Positions 30,055 through 40,082 of a DNA stretch of 64,000 nucleotides are shown piece after piece. The notes under the pieces were generated by a model that did not search any database, was not told the DNA's origin, and saw only the letters and a list, made by a program, of their open reading frames with translations. Positions within the stretch are counted from its first letter, which is position 1. Each line of letters opens with the position of its first letter. This DNA comes from Alphaproteobacteria bacterium (lineage in GTDB: Bacteria > Pseudomonadota > Alphaproteobacteria > JAUHZC01), in contig JAUHZC010000003.1 of assembly GCA_030425805.1 (NCBI GenBank), positions 701-64,700 of the forward strand, written 5' to 3'. Made by a program: the position numbers and the translations under genes.

Positions 30055-30507
30055 TTATTCCTCTCCCAATCTCCCAAACTTCAGCAGGATGGCATTAGCC
30101 CGGAAATGTACATCTCGCTCATTATAACCAAGTTCAATGGCTTTTTTGTAATCTTTGAGGGCGCCTTCCAGATTTCCTAGGTCCTCTTTACTTACCCCGC
30201 GATGGTAGTACACTTCTCCCAAGTAGGGCTGGCGATTGTATTTTATTGCCAAAGTAAGGGCCTCCATTGCATCTTGGTAGCGCCCAAAAAAATCAAGGGT
30301 CACGCCTCTTTGAAAATGAGCTTCTGCATTTTCAGGTCTATATTTCAAAATATCTTCACTCAGAGCTAAGGCTTCCTCTAGCTTTGCTGTTGCCCGGAGG
30401 TCAAAAATTTGGAAGCGAATTTTTCTATTTGACCAATCTTCATATTTGGCATGTCCTTCATAGGCTATCAGGCTTAAGAAGGTTAAAAGTGTCAGTGCGG
30501 TTTTCAT
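30055..30507 (-). CDS. Exported tetratricopeptide-repeat protein
   Basis: Signal peptide; TPR helices AEAHFQRGVTL..GRYQDAM and YYHRGVSKEDLGNLEGALKDYKKAIEL. Confidence 0.85.
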   Translation of the reverse strand: MKTALTLLTFLSLIAYEGHAKYEDWSNRKIRFQIFDLRATAKLEEALALSEDILKYRPENAEAHFQRGVTLDFFGRYQDAMEALTLAIKYNRQPYLGEVYYHRGVSKEDLGNLEGALKDYKKAIELGYNERDVHFRANAILLKFGRLGEE

Positions 30508-30760
30508 AAGTTGCCTCCCCGTTTTTCGAGCATACTTACGCTCTTAAAAAGAGAGAATCAAGCGTTTAAATCCGCGAGGGGGCCTTATGGTTCACATGAT
30601 TTTCCGGAAATCTTTATCACTCCATAATTTAGCATTTTTAAAAAAATTGAAAGCCTGCAATGAGCCATGACCCCAGATCAAGTTCAGGGGGAAAAATCTG
30701 ATAAAGATCATTACGCAGGCTCTGGACCAGAGTCCGAATCACTGCATTGAATGCTTGTAA

Positions 30761-32083
30761 TTATAAAATAAACTTAGAAAGATCAGTCTGCTCTGAAAGA
30801 TGGCCCACCTTCTCTTGAACATAGGCTTCATCAATGGAGACCTTCTCTCCTCCACGATCTGTTGCGGTGAAGCTGATTTCTTCAAGAAGACGCTCCATCA
30901 CCGTTTGCAAACGACGAGCACCGATATTCTCAATATTACGATTAATTTCTACAGCCAATCGTGCCAAGGCCTTAATGGCCCCTTTGGTAAAGGTGAGTGT
31001 GATGTCTTCGGTCTCAAGAAGGGCTGTGTATTGCTTGATCAAGCTAGCCTCAGGTTCTGTGAGGATATGAACAAAATCCTCTTCCGTCAGGGCTTTGAGC
31101 TCCACACGAATGGGGAGACGCCCTTGGAGTTCAGGCAAAAGATCAGCTGGTTTTGCAAGGTGAAAAGCTCCAGAAGCAATAAAGAGGATGTGGTCTGTTT
31201 TCACCATGCCGTACTTGGTGGAAACAACAGTACCCTCAACCAAGGGTAAAAGGTCTCGCTGCACACCCTCCCGGCTAACATCTCCACCCCGGGCATTCAT
31301 ATGACTGCTATGGCAAATCTTATCAATCTCATCTAAAAAGACGATTCCATTTTGCTCCACATCCAGCAGAGCTTCTTTGACAATCTGGTCCTGGTCAATC
31401 AGCTTTTCACTTTCTTCTGTGATCAAGAGTTCCCGAGCTTCAACGACGGTCATTTTCTTGGTCTTCATTGATTTTCCGAAAGCTTTCCCCATCAGATCAC
31501 CCAGGTTCAGCATTCCCATCTGTGCTCCTGGCATTCCTGGAATATCCACAGTTGGCATAGAGGAAGAAGGAACATCCTCAACCTGAATATCAATAGATGT
31601 TTCATCCAGCTCACCCTTGCGGAACTTCAAACGAAATTTCTGACGGGTTTCCGCGCTAGCTTCTTTCCCAACAATAACATCCAGAATACGTTCTTCAGCT
31701 GCGTCCTCTGCTTTGACACGGACTTCCTTACGCCGAATTTCTTTATTTTGCGTGATAGCAACCTCAACCAAATCTCGCACGATTTGTTCTACATCACGCC
31801 CCACGTATCCAACTTCAGTAAACTTTGTTGCCTCGACTTTGACAAAAGGAGCCTGTGCAAGCTTTGCCAAACGCCGAGAAATCTCCGTCTTTCCTACCCC
31901 CGTTGGACCGATCATCAGAATATTTTTTGGCAAAATTTCTTCCCGAAGGTCTGGTTCCACCTGCATGCGACGCCAGCGGTTACGCAAAGCAATAGCAACT
32001 GCTTTTTTGGCCTCACCTTGGCCAATAATATAGCGATCTAATTCAGAGACAATCTCTCGTGGTGTAAATTCTGTAACACGCAT
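30761..32083 (-). CDS. hslU: ATP-dependent protease ATPase subunit HslU
   Basis: [32 protein letters not shown]. Confidence 0.98.
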   Translation of the reverse strand: MRVTEFTPREIVSELDRYIIGQGEAKKAVAIALRNRWRRMQVEPDLREEILPKNILMIGPTGVGKTEISRRLAKLAQAPFVKVEATKFTEVGYVGRDVEQIVRDLVEVAITQNKEIRRKEVRVKAEDAAEERILDVIVGKEASAETRQKFRLKFRKGELDETSIDIQVEDVPSSSMPTVDIPGMPGAQMGMLNLGDLMGKAFGKSMKTKKMTVVEARELLITEESEKLIDQDQIVKEALLDVEQNGIVFLDEIDKICHSSHMNARGGDVSREGVQRDLLPLVEGTVVSTKYGMVKTDHILFIASGAFHLAKPADLLPELQGRLPIRVELKALTEEDFVHILTEPEASLIKQYTALLETEDITLTFTKGAIKALARLAVEINRNIENIGARRLQTVMERLLEEISFTATDRGGEKVSIDEAYVQEKVGHLSEQTDLSKFIL

Positions 32084-32094
32084 ACTTCAAATCC

Positions 32095-32646
32095 TTATTT
32101 CGTAGAGAGCGTTTCAAAAACAAAATTATTATTGGTGTAGACACAAATGCCTGCTGCCACATTCATAGAGCGTTCTGCAATCTCACGGGCAGATAAGTCC
32201 ATATCCTGGAGAGCCCGGGCAGCTGAAAGAGCATAGGCTCCCCCACTTCCAATACCAATTAGACCATCTTCTGGCTCAAGAACATCCCCGTTCCCTGTCA
32301 AAATTAGGGATGTCTCACGATTTGCTACAGCCATCATGGCTTCAAGTCTACGGAGGTATTTATCTGTTCGCCAGTCCTTAGCCAATTCAACACAGGCCCG
32401 GGTCAATTGCGTGGGATACTGCTCAAGCTTTGCCTCAAGGCGCTCAAATAAGGTAAATGCATCAGCCGTTGCTCCTGCAAATCCAGCAATGACAGACCCA
32501 TCTCCAAGAGGGCGAACCTTCTTGGCATTTGACTTAATCATCTGATCTCCAAGAGTAACCTGGCCATCTCCACCGATCACGACTTGGTCTCCTTTGCGAA
32601 CAGACAAAATTGTAGTTCCGCGCCAACTCTCCACTGTATCCCCCAT
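32095..32646 (-). CDS. hslV: ATP-dependent protease peptidase subunit HslV
   Basis: [30 protein letters not shown]. Confidence 0.98.
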   Translation of the reverse strand: MGDTVESWRGTTILSVRKGDQVVIGGDGQVTLGDQMIKSNAKKVRPLGDGSVIAGFAGATADAFTLFERLEAKLEQYPTQLTRACVELAKDWRTDKYLRRLEAMMAVANRETSLILTGNGDVLEPEDGLIGIGSGGAYALSAARALQDMDLSAREIAERSMNVAAGICVYTNNNFVFETLSTK

Positions 32647-32693
32647 GATAAATCCTCTAGTATGGTCTTATTTTATTGAAAGGCTGAAGTCAA

Positions 32694-33047
32694 ATGTATG
32701 ATACCACAAATGTCTTTTGGAAAATTCTCGAAGGAGACATTCCTTGCACCCCAATCTACGAAACAGATCATATTTTTGTCTTTCCAGACATTGCACCCAA
32801 ACGAAAGATCCATCTTCTCTGCATCCCCAAAGGGAAATACACTGATTTCTCTGACTTCACTAAGAATGCCACAAAAGACGAGATCCAAGGATTTTGGAAA
32901 GGTGTTCAGGACGTTATTCGCTCTCACAACCTTGAAGACCAGGGATATCGTATTATTTCAAATATGGGATCTCAAGGAGGGCAGGAAGTGCCTCATTTTC
33001 ACATTCATATTCTTGCAGGAGAACCTGTGGGGCCTTTGGTAGCCTAA
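32694..33047 (+). CDS. HIT-family nucleotide-binding protein
   Basis: GQEVPHFHIHILAG histidine triad. Confidence 0.92.
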   Translation: MYDTTNVFWKILEGDIPCTPIYETDHIFVFPDIAPKRKIHLLCIPKGKYTDFSDFTKNATKDEIQGFWKGVQDVIRSHNLEDQGYRIISNMGSQGGQEVPHFHIHILAGEPVGPLVA

Positions 33048-34432
33048 GTGCTTGCTGATGCCCCTGCTGAAGCATCCGTTTCCGAGCAAAAATCTGCAAT
33101 TGTTTCTTTGATCCAGGTGTTGACTTCTGGTCGACCGAGATAGCTTGCATAAGTTTCACGATGATACACATTGCTGCCGTGCTCAGGCCTTATAATTGAA
33201 GGACCCATAGAGTAGCGCACATAGCATAAGATGCCAGCTAATTTCCCTCCAATAAACAGAGGAGACCCAGAACATCCTGAAAAAGGGCTTCCTGTGATAC
33301 GCAATTCATCTGAACGATCAGTTGTATGGATATAGTCTAGATCCTCAGCCTCATTTGCATTTACAAGGACCTCTGTACCATCTGAAATTGCTTTATAATG
33401 AGGGGAAACCTGATGAAGAAAAACTTGTAGACTGGACGTACTGTCTCTGAACAGCTCTTGAACTTTTCCCCCAACATAAGAGAGATATTTACCAATACCC
33501 GCAGGTCTTTCTTCTGAATCCACAACCTCAGCAACGGAGCATTCTTCACTCCACCCCGCAACACAAATTAAGGCTAAATCAATGGGAATATGTGAAACTT
33601 CCCAGGCATGTACATGAGAAGGACAATCTGAGTCAAAAAGGGCTACTTTTGAAACTGGGTACCCTTCCCTTCCTTGGTAAAGGGAGAAAGAAGATTCACG
33701 GCCTTGGATTGCCTTCGCTACATGTGCACAGGTTAAAAATACTCCTGGTGCGATCAGTGTTGCAATACCCCGGCTACTCCCCTTCATAACTCCAATGTAA
33801 AAGATTTTTGAACGATCAGGATCTGTACTCCCCGCAATCAAGGACCGGACCCTTGCATGTTCTGTAGGAAAGTAAATTCCCGAAATACTCCGTCGTATTG
33901 TTAGCAATAGATCTGTTTCTGTCCCTCCAGAAGCCCCTTCAGCCTCCATGAGCTCTTCAAGTTTCTCTCTTAAAGCCACATCTTTAGCTTCACCATATGA
34001 GGCCTCCTCAAAAAAATCTGTAGAGCCTGTCTCTCTTGTTACTAACCCTTCTGACACTAATTCTGCTATGGCTGCTTCAGAAAGATTCTCCCCTGTTGCA
34101 ACGTCAACAAAATCAGCAGCCTGATAATATTCAGCAGCTAGAGCATATTGTTTTTGAGCTTGTGCAGAACGACCCAGATAATATAAAGCTTCTGAACGGA
34201 TCTCAACACGCGCAGAGAGTAGTTTTCTTAAACAAAACTCTCCTGCTTTATAAGCACCTTTTTCAATAAGGCATTTCCCATGATTAAGTTGGTTTGGAAG
34301 CCGTATTAATTCTTCAGCAATTTCTTTTGTGCTCCCTAAAAAAACAGGGTTAGAGCGATACGAAACCTCCAGTGCTTGAGCACCCCATACCAATACAGGC
34401 AAAAAAGCCCACAAAAAACACCACCGTGCCAT
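33044..34432 (-). CDS. Exported TPR + trypsin-like serine protease-domain protein
   Basis: Signal peptide; TPR (EALYYLGRSAQAQKQYALAAEYY); triad-like LTCAHV, IDLAL, SGCSGSPL. Confidence 0.75.
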   Translation of the reverse strand: MARWCFLWAFLPVLVWGAQALEVSYRSNPVFLGSTKEIAEELIRLPNQLNHGKCLIEKGAYKAGEFCLRKLLSARVEIRSEALYYLGRSAQAQKQYALAAEYYQAADFVDVATGENLSEAAIAELVSEGLVTRETGSTDFFEEASYGEAKDVALREKLEELMEAEGASGGTETDLLLTIRRSISGIYFPTEHARVRSLIAGSTDPDRSKIFYIGVMKGSSRGIATLIAPGVFLTCAHVAKAIQGRESSFSLYQGREGYPVSKVALFDSDCPSHVHAWEVSHIPIDLALICVAGWSEECSVAEVVDSEERPAGIGKYLSYVGGKVQELFRDSTSSLQVFLHQVSPHYKAISDGTEVLVNANEAEDLDYIHTTDRSDELRITGSPFSGCSGSPLFIGGKLAGILCYVRYSMGPSIIRPEHGSNVYHRETYASYLGRPEVNTWIKETIADFCSETDASAGASAST

Positions 34433-34500
34433 AGAAAATCTTTTTAATTTCTATACTTAGTGTCTCCATCAAGGCTTTAAAAAAAGTTAATATGAGGGAA

Positions 34501-36009
34501 TTACCCCGCCTGTCTATAGGATAGAGCCTCTGCCACATGAGATTTTAAGACCTTTGTTTCACTCCCCAGATCTGCAATGGTTTGACTTACCTTCAAAACC
34601 CGATGAAACGCCCGTGCAGAGAGCCGCAGCTTTTCAGCAGCTTTCAGAGCTAAATCTTCAGCCTCTTTATCGAGGCTGATGAAGACTTCAATGTGCTTTG
34701 CCTGCATTTGAGCATTGGTACGCAGAGCTTTATCGCTGACAGCCTGAAATCTTGTCTTTTGCTTTTCTCGAGCCTGAGTCACCCGTTTCAAAACATCTTT
34801 ACTAGGCTCTGCAGGCCTCAGGCGTCTAAGCTCCTGAGGACTTAGGGCCTCGACTGTAAATCGGAGATCAATCCGATCCAGAAGAGGACCCGAGAGACGA
34901 TTTTGATAATCCTGCACACAATGAGGTATTCTCTTACAACTACGCTCGGAATCTCCTGCATACCCACACCGACAAGGATTCATCGCACTAATGAGCTGAA
35001 AAGAGGCAGGGTAATCATATCGAGCATTTGCCCGAGAAATTGACACATTCCCTGTTTCCAATGGTTGACGCAAAGCCTCGAGGGTATGGCGAGAAAACTC
35101 CGGCAGCTCATCCAAAAACAAAACACCCCGATGAGCAAGAGAAATATCCCCAGGCCGGGCGCGACTCCCCCCACCAACTAAGGCAGGAAGAGAAGCCGAG
35201 TGATGGGGAGAGCGAAAAGGACGCTGTCGGATTAACTGTCCTTTTTTAAGATGCCCCGCAATACTATGTACCATCGTAACTTCTAGGGCTTCTTCCGGAG
35301 ACAGTGATGGAAGAATGCTTGGCATGCGGGCAGCCAGCATAGACTTTCCTGCACCTGGAGGACCTACCATCAACACATTATGCCCCCCTGCAGCAGCAAC
35401 CTCCAAGGCTCGTTTAGCTGATTCTTGCCCCTTTACATCTTTCAGATCTAAAACTTCTGTGGAGTGATCCTGCATTTTGGGCTTTGGAGGGGTTAAAACC
35501 TGGCGCCCTTTGTAGTGATTAACAAGCTGAAGCAAATGTTCTGGAGCAATCAAGTCAACTCCCTTCGCCCAGGCTGCCTCTGATCCTGAAGCATGTGGGC
35601 AAATTAAAGAACAGTTTCGACTCAAAGCCTCCACCGCTGCAGGTAAAGCCCCAGATATAGGAGCTAAACGCCCATCCAGCCCGAGCTCTCCAAGAGCTAT
35701 AACGTCTTCAAAACGATTTTTTTTCAGGACCCCCATGCTTTCTAAAAGGCCTATGGCTATAGGGAGATCATAATGATTTCCCTCCTTTTGGAGGTCTGCC
35801 GGTGAGAGATTAACGGTGATCCGTTTTGCAGGCAATGATAACCCCATCGCTAAAAGAGCTGAGCGCACCCTCTCTCTTGACTCCCCGATTGCCTTATCAG
35901 GTAAGCCCACAATAGTGAAAGCCGGAATCCCATCTGCAATTTGGACCTGAACTGTAACTAGACGCACGTCCAGTCCCTGAAATGCAACTGTTTGGACCTG
36001 TGAAACCAT
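34501..36009 (-). CDS. comM: YifB/ComM Mg-chelatase-like AAA ATPase
   Basis: FTIVGLPD, GPPGAGKSMLA, FRSPHHS, LFLDELPEF, MNPCRCG. Confidence 0.94.
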   Translation of the reverse strand: MVSQVQTVAFQGLDVRLVTVQVQIADGIPAFTIVGLPDKAIGESRERVRSALLAMGLSLPAKRITVNLSPADLQKEGNHYDLPIAIGLLESMGVLKKNRFEDVIALGELGLDGRLAPISGALPAAVEALSRNCSLICPHASGSEAAWAKGVDLIAPEHLLQLVNHYKGRQVLTPPKPKMQDHSTEVLDLKDVKGQESAKRALEVAAAGGHNVLMVGPPGAGKSMLAARMPSILPSLSPEEALEVTMVHSIAGHLKKGQLIRQRPFRSPHHSASLPALVGGGSRARPGDISLAHRGVLFLDELPEFSRHTLEALRQPLETGNVSISRANARYDYPASFQLISAMNPCRCGYAGDSERSCKRIPHCVQDYQNRLSGPLLDRIDLRFTVEALSPQELRRLRPAEPSKDVLKRVTQAREKQKTRFQAVSDKALRTNAQMQAKHIEVFISLDKEAEDLALKAAEKLRLSARAFHRVLKVSQTIADLGSETKVLKSHVAEALSYRQAG

Positions 36010-36078
36010 AGCCCCCCCCTTTATAAATTGATTAAAACTGTCCCTTTGCTATGATGATGTCAAGATTGCGAATACATA

Positions 36079-36684
36079 ATGTTTTCTTTTTTACACACTG
36101 TCCTTCTTATTTTGATTACTTGGATGGCTGGCTTTTGGGGCTTTGCTTGGCATGTGAATCATCTTTCTCCTCCTTCTCCAATCCCTAAGGCCCAGGGAAT
36201 TGCTGTTTTCACGGGAGGAAGTGATCGTATGCGAGAAGGACTCAAGCTCTTAAGCCAAGGCTACGGCGAAGTGCTTTTAATTTCTGGTGTGAATGTTCGC
36301 GTCAAAAGAGGAGATATCGGTTTTCTTCAAAAGCACAAAAACCAAGTTTTTCGGCCTAATATCACCCTCGGCCACGAGGCTTATGATACGACTGGAAATG
36401 CCGAAGAAGCAGCCCAATGGGCTCAAGAACTGAATATCTCCAAAATTATTCTCGTCACATCTTCTTACCATATGCCCCGCTCTCTTGCGGAAGTGCATGC
36501 TCTTCTTCCCCATGCTAAAATTATTCCCTACCCCGTTGTTCCTCCCCGTTGGCGAAGAATGCCTTGGTGGCAATCCCCAAATGGTCCATGGTATATGATG
36601 TCTGAATACAATAAATTTTTGTTTGTCAAAGTACGTCAGATGATATCCTCTATCTTCACAATCATTATGAAAGGTATCGCATGA
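36079..36684 (+). CDS. YdcF/DUF218 family envelope protein
   Basis: VFTGGSDR, LISGVN, DTTGNA, VTSSYHMPRS, EYNK. Confidence 0.9.
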   Translation: MFSFLHTVLLILITWMAGFWGFAWHVNHLSPPSPIPKAQGIAVFTGGSDRMREGLKLLSQGYGEVLLISGVNVRVKRGDIGFLQKHKNQVFRPNITLGHEAYDTTGNAEEAAQWAQELNISKIILVTSSYHMPRSLAEVHALLPHAKIIPYPVVPPRWRRMPWWQSPNGPWYMMSEYNKFLFVKVRQMISSIFTIIMKGIA

Positions 36685-38216
36685 GATCCTTGCTCTTCCA
36701 GCTTGCTTTCTACCCTTATCTTTTTGGGGCCTTGGCTTTTGTCATGCCCTTCTACCTCACTTCAACGGAGAGAGTGCACTACTTTCGTTCTCAGATTTTG
36801 GCAAAAGGGATTTTGTGGCTTCTCAGGGTCATTCAGAATATTCATCTTAAGGTCAAAAACATTGAAAATATTCCACAAGGTCCTTGTGTGATAGCCGCCC
36901 GCCATGAATCTGTTTTTGATACAGTTGTTCTGCCTTTCCTCTTTCCCGAAGGTGCCATGGTTTACAAAAAAGAACTGGAAAACATCCCTTTATTTGGTTT
37001 ATTACTCCGAAAATCCAAGATGATTGCTGTAGATCGCCAAGCAGGCTCTGCAGCTCTCAAAGATCTGCTCGCCAAGGGACAAGCCCTTAAGGAGCAGGGA
37101 CGTCCCATTATTATTTTTCCAGAAGGCACACGTGTCTCTCCTGGTGAAAAACAAAATCTCCAACCGGGAGCAGCAGCTCTTGCAAAACACCTCAATCTCC
37201 CCCTGGTTCCGGTTGGAACAAACTCAGGAACACACTGGCCACGCCGCACCTTTTATAAGTTTCCAGGAACAATTTTCCTCAACTTTGGGAAACCTCTTTT
37301 GCCAAAGGGAACTATTAAAGCCATTAATCAAACTTTAGCTGAAAAAATTCATGATCTCAGCTTTGGGCTGCCAACCCAAGACCTCCCTTCCCAAAAGAGA
37401 AAATCCCCCTTTGCGACTCTGGTAGCAGCTGTTTTTGGACTTTTTCTTCTCTTGCGCTTAGGGGAAAGTGCCATTCTCTTTTATGCTGCTCAGGAATTTC
37501 GAGATCACATTTCCGATAAACCTAAAGCCGTTTATACGCAAAAATCGAAAATCAAAGTGGATTATGTCCGGCTAAAACCTTTCTTCCTTTTTGAAACTGT
37601 AAAATTTCCTCTCCCCAAAGACCGTGGTGAATCCTCTATTAAGAAAATCCGTTTGAAAGTTGATTGGCTCAAGATGGGGATTTCTTTGAAGTTTGAAGAG
37701 TATGAAACAAAAATCAAAAACGCAAAAATTGAAGCTGATGCTGTAACCGGACACATCTTTTTTCTTTCCAGATGTGCTGATCTGTCTGCACCAAAGCTCT
37801 TTCTTACCGTTCAAGATCAGAAAAAGATTTCCTTTAAAAACCCGACTCTTTCAGTCAAAAAACCATGCTATACCCTCCGCTTTGATAAAATTGAGCATTC
37901 TTACCCAAAACTCCCTGCTGTGTTTGATACAGGGGCTGTAGAGCTCACACTTGAAGAAGAAGGACTTGAACTTGAAATTCTCAAGCTGATGACGACAGTT
38001 GCCCACCTTGTAAAAGTTAATGTACAAGGCCATGCATCCTTTAAACACCCCGATGATCTTGTTCTCAGCGCAACGCTTACAGCGGAACCTGGGCATGAAG
38101 GATTTTTAAATTTAGCAAACCAACTCCTCCCCTTGGATAAAGTCATCCAAGACGATCCAAAAACTGGACGTCCTCAGATTGCCCTCAATTTCCAAGGCAA
38201 AATCCACCATGAGTAG
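36681..38216 (+). CDS. plsC: 1-acyl-sn-glycerol-3-phosphate acyltransferase with long C-terminal TM + soluble extension
   Basis: HESVFD, YKKEL, IFPEGTR in aa 1-230; about 280 extra residues follow. Confidence 0.8.
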   Translation: MRSLLFQLAFYPYLFGALAFVMPFYLTSTERVHYFRSQILAKGILWLLRVIQNIHLKVKNIENIPQGPCVIAARHESVFDTVVLPFLFPEGAMVYKKELENIPLFGLLLRKSKMIAVDRQAGSAALKDLLAKGQALKEQGRPIIIFPEGTRVSPGEKQNLQPGAAALAKHLNLPLVPVGTNSGTHWPRRTFYKFPGTIFLNFGKPLLPKGTIKAINQTLAEKIHDLSFGLPTQDLPSQKRKSPFATLVAAVFGLFLLLRLGESAILFYAAQEFRDHISDKPKAVYTQKSKIKVDYVRLKPFFLFETVKFPLPKDRGESSIKKIRLKVDWLKMGISLKFEEYETKIKNAKIEADAVTGHIFFLSRCADLSAPKLFLTVQDQKKISFKNPTLSVKKPCYTLRFDKIEHSYPKLPAVFDTGAVELTLEEEGLELEILKLMTTVAHLVKVNVQGHASFKHPDDLVLSATLTAEPGHEGFLNLANQLLPLDKVIQDDPKTGRPQIALNFQGKIHHE

Positions 38217-39144
38217 CCAAAAACTCATTGTTGGCCTTAAAACATGGCAAGACTTTGATCATCTTGAAGGCCAAAAATTCTTGGAGCTTGTTAAAGCTGG
38301 AGCTTTTGGCGGGGTCATTCTATTTGCAGACAACTGTCACTCTCCCTCTCAAGTTAAAAGCTTAACGGGTATCCTAAAAGAAGCTGCTGGAGATCGCCCT
38401 TTCTGGATCAGCATTGATGAAGAAGGAGGACTTGTTACCCGACTGAATGAGTCATTTGACCTAAGGATTCCAACAGCAAAAGATCTTGGAGCCTTCCAAA
38501 ATCCTAAAACCTACACGGGGTTCACAACTCAGGCCCAAATTCTGCAAGACCTTGGGATCAATCTTAACTTTTCCCCTGTTGTTGATCTTGCGCTAGGGTC
38601 CCCTGTTGTTGAGAAAAAAGGACGTTCTTTCGGCGCAAATCCCGATCATATTATCGGTTGGGCACAGTCTTTTCTCAAACAATCACTTGAGAAAGGGGTT
38701 ATGGGGTGTCTCAAGCATTTTCCTGGTCATGGAGCCTTAAGCGTCGATACCCATGATTGTGTCGCCTATGCAGATGATCTGGAGATCCAAGCCCTTAAGC
38801 CGTTTCAAAAACTTCACAAGGCCTTTCCCCAGGTCCCTATTATGTTGGCTCATGTTGTGATCCAAAAGTTTGATGACCAAGTTTCTTGCCTATCCCCAAA
38901 ATGGCGTGCTGTAATTCATCAAGCCCTTTCACCAAAAGCCTGTGTCATTACCGATGATCTGAGTATGGGTGCCCTTCAAAATGTCCCTGACCCTAAAAAA
39001 CGCCTCAAATTAGCCCTTCAGGGACCTGCAGATTTTCTCATCTTCTCTCAAAATCCGAAAGCAAGTTTATCTCATAAATTCAAGATGTTAACCTATGAAG
39101 AAATGATTGAGATCTGTGACTTGACTGACACAAGACCAGTATAA
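38209..39144 (+). CDS. nagZ: Glycoside hydrolase family 3, beta-N-acetylhexosaminidase-like
   Basis: Start ATG 38209; GGVILF, IDEEGG.V.R, KHFPGHG, ITDDLSM. Confidence 0.85.
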   Translation: MSSQKLIVGLKTWQDFDHLEGQKFLELVKAGAFGGVILFADNCHSPSQVKSLTGILKEAAGDRPFWISIDEEGGLVTRLNESFDLRIPTAKDLGAFQNPKTYTGFTTQAQILQDLGINLNFSPVVDLALGSPVVEKKGRSFGANPDHIIGWAQSFLKQSLEKGVMGCLKHFPGHGALSVDTHDCVAYADDLEIQALKPFQKLHKAFPQVPIMLAHVVIQKFDDQVSCLSPKWRAVIHQALSPKACVITDDLSMGALQNVPDPKKRLKLALQGPADFLIFSQNPKASLSHKFKMLTYEEMIEICDLTDTRPV

Positions 39145-39221
39145 AAATGTAAAAAAAGAATTAAAACTTGATTTACAGAAAATTAAGACCTATATATCCA
39201 TCGGAAAATAAATATACACAG

Positions 39222-40079
39222 ATGGCAACTTTGAATTTAAAAAATACAATGAAATGTCTTTTTGTAACAGGGTGTTTCCTTGCGCTTGGTGCCTTTACAC
39301 CGAGTGGAAAAGTTTCTGAGACTTTAGACCTTTCTCCTCCAAGCTGTAAGCCTTTGATGATCAAGCCTCTTCGTTTTACAAAAGTTGAGGAACTTCAAAA
39401 GTGCTTCCAAGATGCAGGATATGATTCTGTTGAGAATTTAAAATCTGTCCCAGCGCTTGTTGTGCATCACTTGCCTCATAATATCACGAAGAAGATGCCA
39501 ACTGTGCAGCGCAAAAAAGCCTTTATTCAGGCTGTCCTTCCACTGATTCTGCATGCAAATCATGCTGTACGCCAGGAAAGGACTTATATCAAGCATTTGC
39601 AAAAGAAAGAATCCTTGTCTCCCAAAGATCAGGCTTGGCTGACGAAGATCGAGAAAAAATATAATGTGAAAAGTGGAGATTTTAAAGAACTCCTCAGCCG
39701 TGTTGATGAAGTTCCTGTATCTATGGCCCTCGCACAAGCTGCTATCGAGACAGGTTGGGGGACATCCTATGCCGTCCGTAAGAAAAACAACTTGTTTGGC
39801 GTCACACCTCCTTCTGGCGTTGCACGTTATAAGCATTTGGAAGAAAGCACGCACGCATACCTGCGAAATCTCAACACACACCGGGCTTACAAAGATATGC
39901 GTATCATGCGCTCTGCCATGCGCAAGGCTAACAAACCTCTGTGTGCACATGGCCTTATGGGCAAGTTGATTCACTACTGTGAATATAAGGGATGGTACGT
40001 GAAGTATGTTCGCAACATGATTGCTAAGAACAATCTCCGCCGCTTTGATAAAGTGGCCTACGCACCAGCTCTCGCTTAG
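39222..40079 (+). CDS. Bax-like glucosaminidase (GH73-type) protein
   Basis: RKKAFI, LLSRVDEVPVSMALAQAAIETGWGTS, NNLFG, YLRNLNTH. Start at 39222 or 39249. Confidence 0.85.
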   Translation: MATLNLKNTMKCLFVTGCFLALGAFTPSGKVSETLDLSPPSCKPLMIKPLRFTKVEELQKCFQDAGYDSVENLKSVPALVVHHLPHNITKKMPTVQRKKAFIQAVLPLILHANHAVRQERTYIKHLQKKESLSPKDQAWLTKIEKKYNVKSGDFKELLSRVDEVPVSMALAQAAIETGWGTSYAVRKKNNLFGVTPPSGVARYKHLEESTHAYLRNLNTHRAYKDMRIMRSAMRKANKPLCAHGLMGKLIHYCEYKGWYVKYVRNMIAKNNLRRFDKVAYAPALA

Positions 40080-40082
40080 AGC

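Noticed and set aside
27946..30507. Prophage
   Set aside because: No integrase, terminase, portal or capsid genes and no att repeats seen; only the MuF/lysozyme domains are phage-like.
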